Shown here: positions 1 to 8,855 of the stretch, in pieces
How positions within the stretch are numbered: the stretch's first letter is position 1
Layout of the letters: each line of letters opens with the position of its first letter
Virus record (IMG/VR): IMGVR_UViG_3300025327_000033
Coordinates: 1 to 57,230 of that record
DNA length: 57,230 nt
From: a virus
Lineage: Duplodnaviria > Caudoviricetes
Direction: 5' to 3' (one strand)
Notes under the pieces: generated by a model
Databases searched by the model: none
What the model was told of the DNA's origin: nothing
Seen by the model: only the letters and a program-made list of their open reading frames with translations
Position numbers and translations under genes: made by a program

Positions 1-126
1 TGCCCACACAGCAGCCGCCTGCGCCGTCTCGAACACGCGCAGCCGGCGGTCCTCGTCGTAGAACGTCTCCCGGCCGTCGACGACGATGTAGCCCTGCTGT
101 CCGGCATGCCACTCGATCGCCAGCCG
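1..126. repeat. Direct terminal repeat, left copy (circular assembly overlap)
   Basis: 1-126 is identical to 57098-57223. Confidence 0.97.
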
Positions 127-147
127 TGGTGTGCTCTCCCGTTTCAC
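1..147 (-). CDS. Hypothetical protein spanning the circular junction (5' part; continues 57097..57011), 77 aa VKRESTPRLAIEWHAGQQGYIVVDGRETFYDEDRRLRVFETAQAAAVWAGQHLGRMSEV...QLL
   Basis: GTG at 147 overlaps the MTase stop (GTGA); the frame stays open across the junction to TGA at 57011-57013. Confidence 0.7.
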   Translation of the reverse strand, partial: MKRESTPRLAIEWHAGQQGYIVVDGRETFYDEDRRLRVFETAQAAAVWA

Positions 148-1643
148 TTGGCCTTCTCTCTCTCTGGATGCAGCCCGGCGCGCTCGAGGCGCTCCAGCGT
201 TGCCGCCACGAACTGAGGCTCCAGCTCGATGCCCACGCCCCGCCTGGCCAGCTCCTCGCACGCTAGGAGTGTTGCGCCACTGCCAAGGAATGGATCCAGC
301 ACCGTCTGTCCCGGCGAGGTCGAGTTCTCAATCGCCCGCAGCGCCAGGCCCACGGGCTTCTGTGTCGGGTGCAGATAGTCCTTGTAGGCGTCCACTCGCA
401 CGTGCCAGACGTCCGTCTGCGAGTCGTCGACGATCCGGATCCGCTCTACTTTGCCGTCCAGGATGAACCGCCTGTCCGTCCTGCGTGGCTTCACCGCTCG
501 GACTTCCACCGCCTTCCCGCCTGGCCCGATAAGCACTACGCCGGATCCCAGCATCGCTTCGTCGGCGTTCCCGACGTCGGGAGCCTCTGTGGCCACCTCC
601 CACACCGTCGTCTCTCCCGCCGGAGGCCGCATCGGCCTCCGGCCCTGGCGCACGGCGTAGATGCACGTCTCGTGCGCGTACGCCAGGTCCGCGAAGCTCA
701 GCGTCGGCCGATTCTTGACCCATATCACCAGGTGGGCCACGCGCAGGCCGTTGCGCTTCAGGGCGTCGTAGAACACGTCCATCGTGGTCTCGGCGCACCA
801 CACGTAGTGTGCTGCCTCGGGCTTGCTCCGCCGGGCGATCTGTTTGAGCGCCCCGAGCAGCATCCCCCTAAAGCCCTTCAGGCCCTCGGCATCCCAATCT
901 CCCCTCAGCGCTTCCCACTTCCCGTTGTGATCCCGATAGGCGATGCCGTAGGGCGGATCCGTGTACACGAGGTCCGCCTTATCCCGGCCGAGTGCCCGCT
1001 CGTACGTCTCCGCCAGCGTGCTGTCCCCGCACACTAGTCGGTGACTCAGTCCGGCGTCACTGTGGCTCCTGGCCGTCCATGTGTCCCCCCGGCGCACCCG
1101 CCACTTCGCCTGCAGTTCGTCGTTGCCTGGCACCGTCGCCGTCGGTCGCTTGCGCTTGCTCGACAACATGGCCGTCAGCCGCCTGGCGTCGTCGCTATCG
1201 AAACCGGTCCCGGCCAGCCCGGGCGTGCGCCGCATGGCCTTGCTCAGCGCCTTTAGCAGCTTGGGCTCGTGCCAGCCGCCGAGTTCCACCAGCCGATTGT
1301 CCGCCAGGGTGTACGCCTTGCCGTCCTCCGGGCCCAGGCGGATCCCCCGCACGACGGGAGCCAGCCACATGCCGTCGGCGTCGACAGCGATGCCGGCGGG
1401 CCGTTCTTCCTCGGCCGCCATCGCCTGGCGCAGCCGCTCGAGCCGGCCGTGGCCTGCCAGCACGAGCCCGGTCTCCTCGTTGATGAGCACCGGGCTGACG
1501 AATCCGAAGCGCGCCATGCTTTCGCTCAGCGCGCCCATATCGTGGTCCTTGCTGTTCTCGGGATCCGGCCGCAGCGCGTCCAGCCGCATGTGCTCGACCG
1601 TCAGTTGTGTCCCCCCTGGGGTTCCCGGCTTCGCCCTGGTCAC
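144..1643 (-). CDS. ParB-like N-terminal domain fused to a DNA amino-(N6A/N4C) methyltransferase
   Basis: ParB motif GFVSPVLI..LAGHGRL..ADNRL; catalytic TDPPY; HPTQKP; SAM-binding DPFLGSG. Start placed at GTG 1643 (the ORF extends to 1733). Confidence 0.92.
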   Translation of the reverse strand: MTRAKPGTPGGTQLTVEHMRLDALRPDPENSKDHDMGALSESMARFGFVSPVLINEETGLVLAGHGRLERLRQAMAAEEERPAGIAVDADGMWLAPVVRGIRLGPEDGKAYTLADNRLVELGGWHEPKLLKALSKAMRRTPGLAGTGFDSDDARRLTAMLSSKRKRPTATVPGNDELQAKWRVRRGDTWTARSHSDAGLSHRLVCGDSTLAETYERALGRDKADLVYTDPPYGIAYRDHNGKWEALRGDWDAEGLKGFRGMLLGALKQIARRSKPEAAHYVWCAETTMDVFYDALKRNGLRVAHLVIWVKNRPTLSFADLAYAHETCIYAVRQGRRPMRPPAGETTVWEVATEAPDVGNADEAMLGSGVVLIGPGGKAVEVRAVKPRRTDRRFILDGKVERIRIVDDSQTDVWHVRVDAYKDYLHPTQKPVGLALRAIENSTSPGQTVLDPFLGSGATLLACEELARRGVGIELEPQFVAATLERLERAGLHPEREKAK

Positions 1644-1649
1644 GCCGGC

Positions 1650-1658
1650 ATCATAGCA
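1650..1658 (-). promoter_or_regulatory. Extended -10 promoter (TGcTATGAT), probably giving a leaderless MTase mRNA
   Basis: TGCTATGAT lies 6 nt upstream of GTG 1643, with no SD. Confidence 0.45.
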
Positions 1659-1743
1659 CGACTTCGGAGGTAGACGGTGACATGCCAGCCCCGCCAACAT
1701 GCGCCGCCCTTTACCGCTGGCCTGACCTCCCACCAGATCCCGG

Positions 1744-2130
1744 CTATCCGACGATCAGGCTTTCCCAATCCGCCGTGAGCGTCTGGTGTTCCCCTGGCGC
1801 GACCGGCGGCTCCTGATCAAGATCCTCGCCGTCCAGCCAGTCCCTGGCTCGCAGGGCTGCCTCAAGCACGTTCAGGCCCTGGCCATCGACGTAGTCGTCC
1901 GCCGTCTCGTCCGGGCTGAACCTGTCCTCGATCATGCCGCTGCTCAGCCCCAAGCGCAGCACTGTCACCTGGGCATCGATCGCTGCGCGGTGATCGTCTC
2001 CGAACGCACTGTGCGCACGCACCCTGGGCTTCATGGCCTCCAGCGCGTCGGCTTCGGCCTTCACTCTCTCCGGCGTTGGCTGCTCGCTCATACCAGGGGC
2101 CCTCCCGGTCCCCTCTCTGCCATCGATCAT
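1744..2130 (-). CDS. Hypothetical protein
   Basis: Plausible composition; start overlaps the upstream stop. Confidence 0.7.
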   Translation of the reverse strand: MIDGREGTGRAPGMSEQPTPERVKAEADALEAMKPRVRAHSAFGDDHRAAIDAQVTVLRLGLSSGMIEDRFSPDETADDYVDGQGLNVLEAALRARDWLDGEDLDQEPPVAPGEHQTLTADWESLIVG

Positions 2131-2351
2131 CCCCTCCTCCCCGGCGGCTCCGAGGTAGCTAACTCTGCCAAGGCCCTCGTCAATTCAACGTCGCTATCGT
2201 TCCATTCTGCTATGGTGTCTCCGGACAGGATGGCGCTGCCTATCTTGCTTCCTCGTAGGACAGCTTCAATGGCCTTTTTGTAACGGGCTGTGATAGCTGG
2301 AAGTCGCTCCAGCTCCCGCACCCGCTCCTTCGGCGTCAGTTCCCCGGCCAT
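2127..2351 (-). CDS. Hypothetical protein (MAGELTPKERV...)
   Basis: Internal ATG with GGAG SD; coupled to neighbouring genes. Confidence 0.65.
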   Translation of the reverse strand: MAGELTPKERVRELERLPAITARYKKAIEAVLRGSKIGSAILSGDTIAEWNDSDVELTRALAELATSEPPGRRG

Positions 2352-2818
2352 GTCATGGTCTCCAGCCTTCCCTGGGGGATCAGCATGGCGATCTCGTGAT
2401 GGCTGGTCACCCGCAGGTACTTGCGTTCGACGGCCTTGATCGTCACGCCTCGCTGCTCGCCGTCGACGATCGGTTCCGGCAGCAATTCCGCCACCTCGCC
2501 AGGCCTCAGCAGGCAGACACGCGCCGGCCCACCGACTTCCTTGGTGGCACACACCAGCGCGACAAAGTCTCCGTTCGCTCGCAGCCGCCGAGCTTCGTCG
2601 GCCGGGAAGTTGAACGTCCAGGCCACTCCCCGTTCTCTCACCAGCGGCCGGGCGGCCATGCTCGTCTTGATCAGCAAGTCGCACTCGTCGTTGACCCGGT
2701 ATCGGGCCCACGTCGCGCCCGGGCTGGTCTCGATCATGCGCAGCGTCGTCGGACGATCGCTCCTGACCAGTTTCGTCAGCACGATCCCGTGCAGGTACTC
2801 GAACTTGGCTACTGCCAT
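2336..2818 (-). CDS. Hypothetical alpha/beta protein (MAVAKFEYLHGIVL...), possibly restriction-endonuclease-like fold
   Basis: Strong SD GGGAGGTG; globular composition; the fold is a weak guess. Confidence 0.7.
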   Translation of the reverse strand: MAVAKFEYLHGIVLTKLVRSDRPTTLRMIETSPGATWARYRVNDECDLLIKTSMAARPLVRERGVAWTFNFPADEARRLRANGDFVALVCATKEVGGPARVCLLRPGEVAELLPEPIVDGEQRGVTIKAVERKYLRVTSHHEIAMLIPQGRLETMTWPGN

Positions 2819-2820
2819 TC

Positions 2821-3390
2821 TCACCTCCCTTTTCCTGCAAGCAGCCGCTCGTGAGCGGCGATGACGTCGTTGACCTCTCCGATCGTCAGGTCTCCCCTGG
2901 CGATCCGCACCAGCATCGACTCGCCGTCCTCGTAGCCGTCGGCCCAGGCCGACGTAGCCACGTCCTCGAGCGCCTCGAGCAGTTCCTGGAGCGCCGCCTG
3001 TGGGTTGCCCGCCAGAACAAAGCGATAACTGTAGGACTGGCGATCCAGGGACTGGCCGTGCCTGGGAGCTATCTTGACGACGTTCCACGTGTGCCGCGCT
3101 TCGTCGTCCAGCCGTGTGCCCCCCAGCGCCACCAGCGTTGCGTGCAGCGCCGCGGCCAGCCGCTTGCTGGCCACGCTGTACTCGCTGACCTTCCTGTGTC
3201 CATCGGGCCACGGATAGATCGTCAGGTCACTGACCAGGTGGAACACGCTTAGTTTCTCCCCGGGCTTCGCCTGGCGCAGTCGCCGACCGTCCCGCACGTC
3301 CGCGGCGCACGTGCCACACAGCGCAGTCATCAGCAGCGTGGTTTTGCCGCAGCCGCCGACGCATGGCACCGCCTTCAGCCGCTGACTCAT
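2821..3390 (-). CDS. Hypothetical protein with N-terminal Cys4 zinc ribbon
   Basis: CVGGC...CGTC; ATGA coupling. Confidence 0.7.
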   Translation of the reverse strand: MSQRLKAVPCVGGCGKTTLLMTALCGTCAADVRDGRRLRQAKPGEKLSVFHLVSDLTIYPWPDGHRKVSEYSVASKRLAAALHATLVALGGTRLDDEARHTWNVVKIAPRHGQSLDRQSYSYRFVLAGNPQAALQELLEALEDVATSAWADGYEDGESMLVRIARGDLTIGEVNDVIAAHERLLAGKGR

Positions 3391-3590
3391 ACTCGCCTCC
3401 GCTCATACTCGATTGCTGCCTTCTCGGCCAAATCCGCCTGTTTTGACGCCTCCAGGATCCGGTTGAGCACTCCGTCGTGCCGGTGGTCCCACCGATGCAG
3501 GGCGTCCACGGCAAAGCGCAGGCGCGTCCTGGTCTCGTGATCCGGGTGGGTCTCGATGGCCCGCTGCAGGCTGTCAAAGGTTCCGCTCAT
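3387..3590 (-). CDS. Hypothetical protein
   Basis: ATGA-coupled on both sides. Confidence 0.65.
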   Translation of the reverse strand: MSGTFDSLQRAIETHPDHETRTRLRFAVDALHRWDHRHDGVLNRILEASKQADLAEKAAIEYERRRV

Positions 3591-3853
3591 GGCCGGCGCT
3601 CCGTGGCATCGATGATGTACTGCAGCAGCGCCGCCTTCCCGCTCTCGAAAATCCGTCTGGCGATCTCCAGGTCCTCCTGGGCCCGCCCAGCGTACTGGAA
3701 AGGCCCCGTCGATCGCAGCAGGGCGTCGGCCTTGGCCGCCTTCTGTTTCGCCTCCTCGAGAGCCTTGGCGTCGACGGCCACGCCGATGGCCAGCTCTTGC
3801 AGGCGCTCAATGAACTGCTCTGGAGTTGGTCGCACGCGCGCCCCGTTTGTCAT
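3587..3853 (-). CDS. Hypothetical helical protein (MTNGARVRP...)
   Basis: Internal ATG, coupled. Confidence 0.65.
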   Translation of the reverse strand: MTNGARVRPTPEQFIERLQELAIGVAVDAKALEEAKQKAAKADALLRSTGPFQYAGRAQEDLEIARRIFESGKAALLQYIIDATERRP

Positions 3854-3987
3854 GGCCGCCACTTTCCTGCCGGCAGATCCGGGAACAGCGCTTGCCCTGC
3901 CGCGGCCTCGAGCTTCTGGCCATCCGCGGCGATCGCCTGGGTCTCGCCGGCCGGCCAGCCAAACTCGCCTGAGCTCGTCTCTCTCAC
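3850..3987 (-). CDS. Small hypothetical protein (45 aa)
   Basis: GTGA/ATGA overlaps fill the gap exactly; SD GGAGAGG. Confidence 0.5.
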   Translation of the reverse strand: MRETSSGEFGWPAGETQAIAADGQKLEAAAGQALFPDLPAGKWRP

Positions 3988-4370
3988 GGCATCCTCTCCC
4001 GCACTGCATCACAGAACGTCATCAGCTCGCCCACGTCCCAATCGCCGTTGGCGTCGGGCTTCGGGCACTGGACCAGCATTCGCCTGTCGTCGCGCCAGGC
4101 CTCGATGTGTGCCTCGGCTTGCCAGAGCGACTTCCCGCCGGCCCGGCGATACGCCGCAACTATGCTGGCCAGGGTCTCCGGCGTCTCGAGTGCTGCCGAC
4201 GTCACCGGCGACGCCGCCTCGGCGATCAGTTTGCCGGCCTCCTCCTCGATCTCCGCCAGGCGTGCCCGCACCTCTTTGGTATCGATCCACGCCGTGTCTT
4301 CGCCGTTGGAGGCGGCCAGCGCCTCGAGCGTGGTCAGGCGATCGTAGGCTTCCTTGAGCTTCGTCGTCAC
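3984..4370 (-). CDS. Hypothetical protein
   Basis: ORF with SD GAGGAGG. Confidence 0.7.
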   Translation of the reverse strand: MTTKLKEAYDRLTTLEALAASNGEDTAWIDTKEVRARLAEIEEEAGKLIAEAASPVTSAALETPETLASIVAAYRRAGGKSLWQAEAHIEAWRDDRRMLVQCPKPDANGDWDVGELMTFCDAVRERMP

Positions 4371-4640
4371 TCGTCATCCTCCTCGTCGTCGTCCCGCTCC
4401 GCCATGTGCGGGGCCGGCAGCATCTTCAGTATCGCCGCCCCGATCGCCTGCTCATCGCTCGATCCCCTCGGTCAGGCGGTAGGCGGACCTGACCAGTTCG
4501 TCAAGATCTTTCTCGGACAGCTCATCGACAACCTGCTCCACCTTGGCCACTTTGGCGGTCCGGGTCACAACCTGTACCGCCGCTCGGTCGATGATGCGCC
4601 GGATTCGGCGCGCGTGCCACTTCTGTTTCCCTGTGAACAT
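4367..4640 (-). pseudogene. Small gene apparently frameshifted near 4460 (1-nt insertion or sequence error)
   Basis: ORF 4452..4640 stops early; the shifted frame continues DEQAIGAAILKMLPAPHMAERDDDEEDDE to a stop overlapping the next start. Confidence 0.5.
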
Positions 4641-4665
4641 CCCTATCCTCCTCTCCCTAGGTCGC

Positions 4666-5052
4666 TCATGGCCGCGCCGCCACTCTGGTGATGAACCTGG
4701 TGTGCGGGCTGTAGATGGTCACATAGCGATTTGTCTCCGTGCCGTCAGCTCGCACAACCTGGCCCCTGATCTCCAGCTCGTCTTGCCATCTGATGGCGAA
4801 CCGCAGGATCCGGCACCTGTGCGTGATCAGTCGCAGGTCGACTCGTCCCTCTTCGCTGTGCCACTCGATGACGTCCCCGACGCCCACCCCCCAGCACCGC
4901 CTGGCCACGACCTCTCCGATGGCGTTCTCTGCGTCGGCCTCGGCTCCCTCGGCCTTCTCCAGCGCCGCCTGGGCATCGACCCGGGCCGCCTTGGCTCGCC
5001 TGTAGGCGTCCTCGAGAGCCCTATCCGCCGCAAGCGTGCCCTTGATCGTCAT
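4666..5052 (-). CDS. Hypothetical protein
   Basis: Internal ATG coupled to the DUF6166 gene. Confidence 0.65.
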   Translation of the reverse strand: MTIKGTLAADRALEDAYRRAKAARVDAQAALEKAEGAEADAENAIGEVVARRCWGVGVGDVIEWHSEEGRVDLRLITHRCRILRFAIRWQDELEIRGQVVRADGTETNRYVTIYSPHTRFITRVAARP

Positions 5053-5534
5053 TGCGGGCTCCCCGCCGCCTGCGACAGCGGCCGCGTCTCTTCCTCGCGG
5101 CGCTTGCCGGCAATCCAGGCGTCGACCGCCGTGCTCTCGAGCGTCCACGCAAACTCTGGCGCGACGACCACCGTCGGGCCCGGCAGCTCGGCGATGATCT
5201 CGCGCTTGAATGCCTGGTGGTACCGCGCCGCCTGCGGGCACCTCTCGGCGTCGAAGGCCCGGGCTTCCGTCGGTGTTTGGCGCTCACCAAAGTGGTCCGC
5301 CAGGATACTCAGCGCCAGGTCGGCCGGCCCGCTGCCGTGGTATCCCCACTCAAATCCCGTCGGGCTGTGCCAGACAACATGGCGCAGCGGCTCGGCGGGG
5401 CCGGCGACCATCAGCAGCCGAGTCACCGTCGTCTCGCCATCGGGCCTTGTCGTCTGCACATGGTCCTCGCTGAATGCCTGGACCGTCACTCGGCATCCGT
5501 CCGGCGCTCTCGTCCCTGTGTAGATCTTGATCAT
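5049..5534 (-). CDS. DUF6166-family protein
   Basis: Motif HSPTGFEWGYHGSGPADLALSILAD. Confidence 0.8.
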   Translation of the reverse strand: MIKIYTGTRAPDGCRVTVQAFSEDHVQTTRPDGETTVTRLLMVAGPAEPLRHVVWHSPTGFEWGYHGSGPADLALSILADHFGERQTPTEARAFDAERCPQAARYHQAFKREIIAELPGPTVVVAPEFAWTLESTAVDAWIAGKRREEETRPLSQAAGSPQ

Positions 5535-5612
5535 CCTGTGCCTCCTTTAGGGCTGGTGCGCCCTGCTCCGGGTCGGTCCCATGACCGGCCCGGCTCCACG
5601 ACGCGCCTGACT

Positions 5613-5852
5613 TTATCCTGTGATTGCTGCTGGCCAGATCGCCGCGTAGACGTCGGCGAAGATCTCCGGCGTGATGAGCAGTCGCCTGAGAAGGTGCTCG
5701 AGCTCGTACTTCGTCGGCTTGCACTGGCTCCGCAACTCGACCCAAAGCTCATTCGAGAGCGTTCTCTGTAACTCGATGACGGCCGGGGATGGCTCCAGCA
5801 TCCCGGCGTCGTCCAGATCCAGGCGCAGTTCCTGGGCGCGCCCCGTGATCAC
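5613..5852 (-). CDS. Hypothetical protein
   Basis: Coupled ORF. Confidence 0.6.
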   Translation of the reverse strand: MITGRAQELRLDLDDAGMLEPSPAVIELQRTLSNELWVELRSQCKPTKYELEHLLRRLLITPEIFADVYAAIWPAAITG

Positions 5853-6151
5853 CGCTGGCCTCCGGTCCTCGCGCTTGCCAGCACGTCCTCGATTTTCTCA
5901 AACACCAGCCTGGGCAGTTCGTTCTTTCGCACGCCCAGCTTGTGACACACCACCTTGATCGCGTTGGCGGCCGTGTTGCGGGTGACCCCCATCGATGCGC
6001 TCACCTGAACATACGTCGCTCCCCGCGATGCCTGCCTGGCGATCAAGCGCTCCCGTGGGGTCAGCAACTCGGCCTCGTCAGCGAAGGGGTCCGCCAGGAT
6101 CTCCTGGATCCTCTTCGTGGCCCGCAGGCCCTTGGCCTCCTCGATCGTCAT
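5849..6151 (-). CDS. LuxR/GerE-type HTH transcription regulator
   Basis: LTPRERLIARQASRGATYVQVSASMGVTRNTAANAIKVVCHKLGV. Confidence 0.8.
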   Translation of the reverse strand: MTIEEAKGLRATKRIQEILADPFADEAELLTPRERLIARQASRGATYVQVSASMGVTRNTAANAIKVVCHKLGVRKNELPRLVFEKIEDVLASARTGGQR

Positions 6152-7527
6152 CCCTCGCCTCCCGCCGTGTTGGCCGCCGCCCGGGGGATAAGGCCCTTGG
6201 CCTCGGCCCGGCCCACCACGATCGTCCAGGCCTCGAATTCCGTCGGGCCCATCGTTCCGGCCTGGGCTCGCACATCGATCCGCTCGGACCACTCGTTCAC
6301 CCAGGCGGCCGTCGCCCGCTTGGCGGTCTCCAGCGCCGATAGCGTCTCCCCGTCCTGCGCTGCCCGCGTCCTGGCCGCCGTGTACTTGCCGCACCACGAC
6401 GCCAGCCATTCGACCACGTCGCCTGGCTCGAACGGCGAGTACCGCAGCAGGAGTTCGACCTCTTTCCCCTTCGTGCCTTTGGGCAGCACGTCGCCGGCCA
6501 TGAGCGACTCGATGATGTCCTTGGGCCATGCCGCTATGGCATCCGGCTTCGCGCTTGCAGCCGGCCGCGCACTCGTCGACGGCGCATCCGCCGGCACGTC
6601 GGTCGGCGTCACCGGCAGACCGTTGCCTTCACTCTCGCTCTCACCTGCGCCTTCGTCGCTGTCGCCGAGGTCCCGGATGAGCTCGCCTTCGATTGCTTCG
6701 TCCTCGTCCACGGCCGCCCGACTGGCCGGCAGACGCATGATGGCTCCCGGCTCGAGGCTCGGCGTGGCGCTTGCCTGCAGTGCCATCAGCCGCTGCCTCA
6801 CCCAATTCGGATCCGCCTCGATCGACAGCAGGCTCTTGGTCATCCGCTTGCGCTCGCCCGTCCCTGGATCTGGCCGGATGATCTCTTTCGGCCGCCGTCG
6901 CAGCACCAACGGGATTCCCACCAGGCCCTGCTGGCCACCCAGCAGCCGGTAGGCCTCGAGTTGCTCGCTCAGGTGGACGATGTCGTACACGCTGCCAGTC
7001 AGCACCGTGACGTACGCCGCCCGGCGGAGCACCGGCAGCAGCGCCTTCAGTCGGCCGGCCGGCTTGCACATCAGTGGCTTGTCGTGCGCGGGCCCGTACA
7101 TCAGCACCGGCTTGCTGCCGTCGCAGGCCCGGCGTTCTCCGGTGTCGACCTCGAGGCCGCCCTTGACGGACGGCGCACCCCTCTTGGGGTCGTATTCGTA
7201 TTGCACCCACTCGCCGTCGCATCTGTGGATCATCCCGCCAGCGAGATAGGCTTCGCGCCAGGCCTCGAAGTTCTCCTCTACGCTGGGGAACGGCAGCAGA
7301 ATGTCGATCTCGTCCGGCTTGCCCTCGGCCGCCGTGCCATAGTGCTTTTCGAAGATAGCCTTGGCCTCCGCCTCTCGCTCGTCGAACTCAACCCGAAAGT
7401 ACGTGAGGTCCTGGCCGATCCGAGTCGTGCGGCCGCTGGCGTCTCGCGGCGCTGCCCCACCCTTGCGGATCCGCCCAATTTCAGGAAATTTCGCATGTCG
7501 ATCGGTGAGTCCTTTTATGGGTGACAC
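6148..7527 (-). CDS. Gp3-like (recombination directionality factor-like) protein with acidic C-terminal extension
   Basis: PIKGLTDR..FPEIGRIRKG, DLTYFRV, CDGE, CKPAGRL motifs; GTG start with SD. Confidence 0.7.
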   Translation of the reverse strand: MSPIKGLTDRHAKFPEIGRIRKGGAAPRDASGRTTRIGQDLTYFRVEFDEREAEAKAIFEKHYGTAAEGKPDEIDILLPFPSVEENFEAWREAYLAGGMIHRCDGEWVQYEYDPKRGAPSVKGGLEVDTGERRACDGSKPVLMYGPAHDKPLMCKPAGRLKALLPVLRRAAYVTVLTGSVYDIVHLSEQLEAYRLLGGQQGLVGIPLVLRRRPKEIIRPDPGTGERKRMTKSLLSIEADPNWVRQRLMALQASATPSLEPGAIMRLPASRAAVDEDEAIEGELIRDLGDSDEGAGESESEGNGLPVTPTDVPADAPSTSARPAASAKPDAIAAWPKDIIESLMAGDVLPKGTKGKEVELLLRYSPFEPGDVVEWLASWCGKYTAARTRAAQDGETLSALETAKRATAAWVNEWSERIDVRAQAGTMGPTEFEAWTIVVGRAEAKGLIPRAAANTAGGEG

Positions 7528-7538
7528 GAATTGCCTCT

Positions 7539-7931
7539 CTAGCGGAAGTGTTCCGCTGTATGGCATCGGGCGCACAAGCGCTCGATGTTCGACGGCTCAT
7601 TGTTCCTTGGGTTTCTGTCCTTGTGGTGCCGAACCACTCGGGCCTGATCGGGCGCAATCCCACATCGATTGCATGGCCCTATCGGGAAGGCTTTCCTGGT
7701 TCGGCTCCTGGCTGCTTGGGGCTTTACGTCATTGCCCTTCCAGTTCCAATGTGCTTCGCCCTTCGGGGCCTTGCCACGATTGAATTCGTTCGCCCCCGGT
7801 TTCAGCCATGGCGTCCCTTTGGCGGCCTGTGCCAATCCGAAGCATCGTTTCGAACAGTATTTCGCCTTCGGATGCCTGCTGCGATCGACGGCCTCGTCTC
7901 CACATTGCTTGCACCGCCCGATGCGCCTCAT
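7539..7931 (-). CDS. HNH endonuclease with N-terminal zinc finger
   Basis: CKQC..YCSKRC; HWNWKG; CNRCG..HHKDRNPRNNEPSNIERLCARCH; lower GC than flanks. Confidence 0.88.
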   Translation of the reverse strand: MRRIGRCKQCGDEAVDRSRHPKAKYCSKRCFGLAQAAKGTPWLKPGANEFNRGKAPKGEAHWNWKGNDVKPQAARSRTRKAFPIGPCNRCGIAPDQARVVRHHKDRNPRNNEPSNIERLCARCHTAEHFR

Positions 7932-8230
7932 CGCCGCTCCTCGCCCCATAGGGCTGTCTTGATGGCCCGCAGCTCGTCGGCCGCCAGTGGCGGCGGTGCG
8001 AGCTCTGGGTAATTGGCGATCACCTTGTAGTAGTCGGCCAGGTCCCGCTCCCTGGCGGCCTCGACTGTCGTCTCGCTGATGTGGCCCCCCGGCTGGCAGC
8101 CCTTCAGGCACTCCACGCGCCAGTCGACCTCGCCTGGCTGGCCCGGCACTGCATGCCCCATCAGAACGACCGGGCCCCAGCACTGCGCACATCGCCTGCG
8201 CCGCGCCTGGCCCCACGGCATCCTTGTCAC
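7928..8230 (-). CDS. Hypothetical Cys-containing protein
   Basis: CAQC..CLKGC; coupled. Confidence 0.65.
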   Translation of the reverse strand: MTRMPWGQARRRRCAQCWGPVVLMGHAVPGQPGEVDWRVECLKGCQPGGHISETTVEAARERDLADYYKVIANYPELAPPPLAADELRAIKTALWGEERR

Positions 8231-8478
8231 AGCGGCATCTCCTGTTGCTGCACGCTGGCCCCGACTTTGTATTGGGCGTCCGGGTTCTCGGCCTTTGCGT
8301 CGTCGATCCAGCGCTTCACCATCGCCCGGGTGTTCGCCTCGGCTCGCAGCCGGCCGACGCCGTGATTCCATCCCTGGCATACGCACTCACATACCGGACC
8401 GGCGGCGTCGTAGCACCTGCTGTCGCACCGCCGGCCCGTGCCATCCGAGTTGCTCTCGACGATGAGCGCCGGGCTCAC
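8227..8478 (-). CDS. Small Cys-rich phage protein (CDxRC..CECxCxGxNHG)
   Basis: Recognisable metal-binding motif. Confidence 0.75.
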   Translation of the reverse strand: MSPALIVESNSDGTGRRCDSRCYDAAGPVCECVCQGWNHGVGRLRAEANTRAMVKRWIDDAKAENPDAQYKVGASVQQQEMPL

Positions 8479-8747
8479 GCGCCTGCCTGCCGACGCTCGG
8501 GCAAATTGCCGAAGGCCGTGCGGAACCGTTCTTCGCTGGCCTGCTCCGCCTTCGCCTGGGCGTCGACCGGCTGGTACGCCCGGATGATGGCGTCGTCGAT
8601 CTCAAGCGTCGTCTGCGCGCTGCCGAAACCGTGCGCGGCCCGCAGGTGGACCACCATCGGCTCTCGCGCGCGCAGTGCTCCGCACTTGGCGCACCGGAAC
8701 ACCGTGAGATCCGCCGATGCCTCGAGCACTCCTGCTGCGTCCGCCAT
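8475..8747 (-). CDS. C2H2 zinc-finger protein
   Basis: FRCAKCG..MVVHLRAAH. Confidence 0.7.
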   Translation of the reverse strand: MADAAGVLEASADLTVFRCAKCGALRAREPMVVHLRAAHGFGSAQTTLEIDDAIIRAYQPVDAQAKAEQASEERFRTAFGNLPERRQAGA

Positions 8748-8769
8748 TTGCGTCTCCCTTCCCTGTGTT

Positions 8770-8791
8770 GCGGTCCGGTTGACCGCTCCCT
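8770..8791 (-). repeat. 22-bp hairpin element, copy 1 (copy 2 at 10300-10321)
   Basis: gcggtccggttgaccgctccct is identical at both sites. Confidence 0.9.
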
Positions 8792-8823
8792 GGCCGGCCG
8801 CACACGAGTGCGGCCGGCGAAGG

Positions 8824-8855
8824 CAGTGGTCACTGGTCAGTGGTCAGTGGTCAGT
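8824..8855. repeat. Tandem heptamer CAGTGGT, about 4.5 copies
   Basis: cagtggt cactggt cagtggt cagtggt cagt. Confidence 0.85.
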
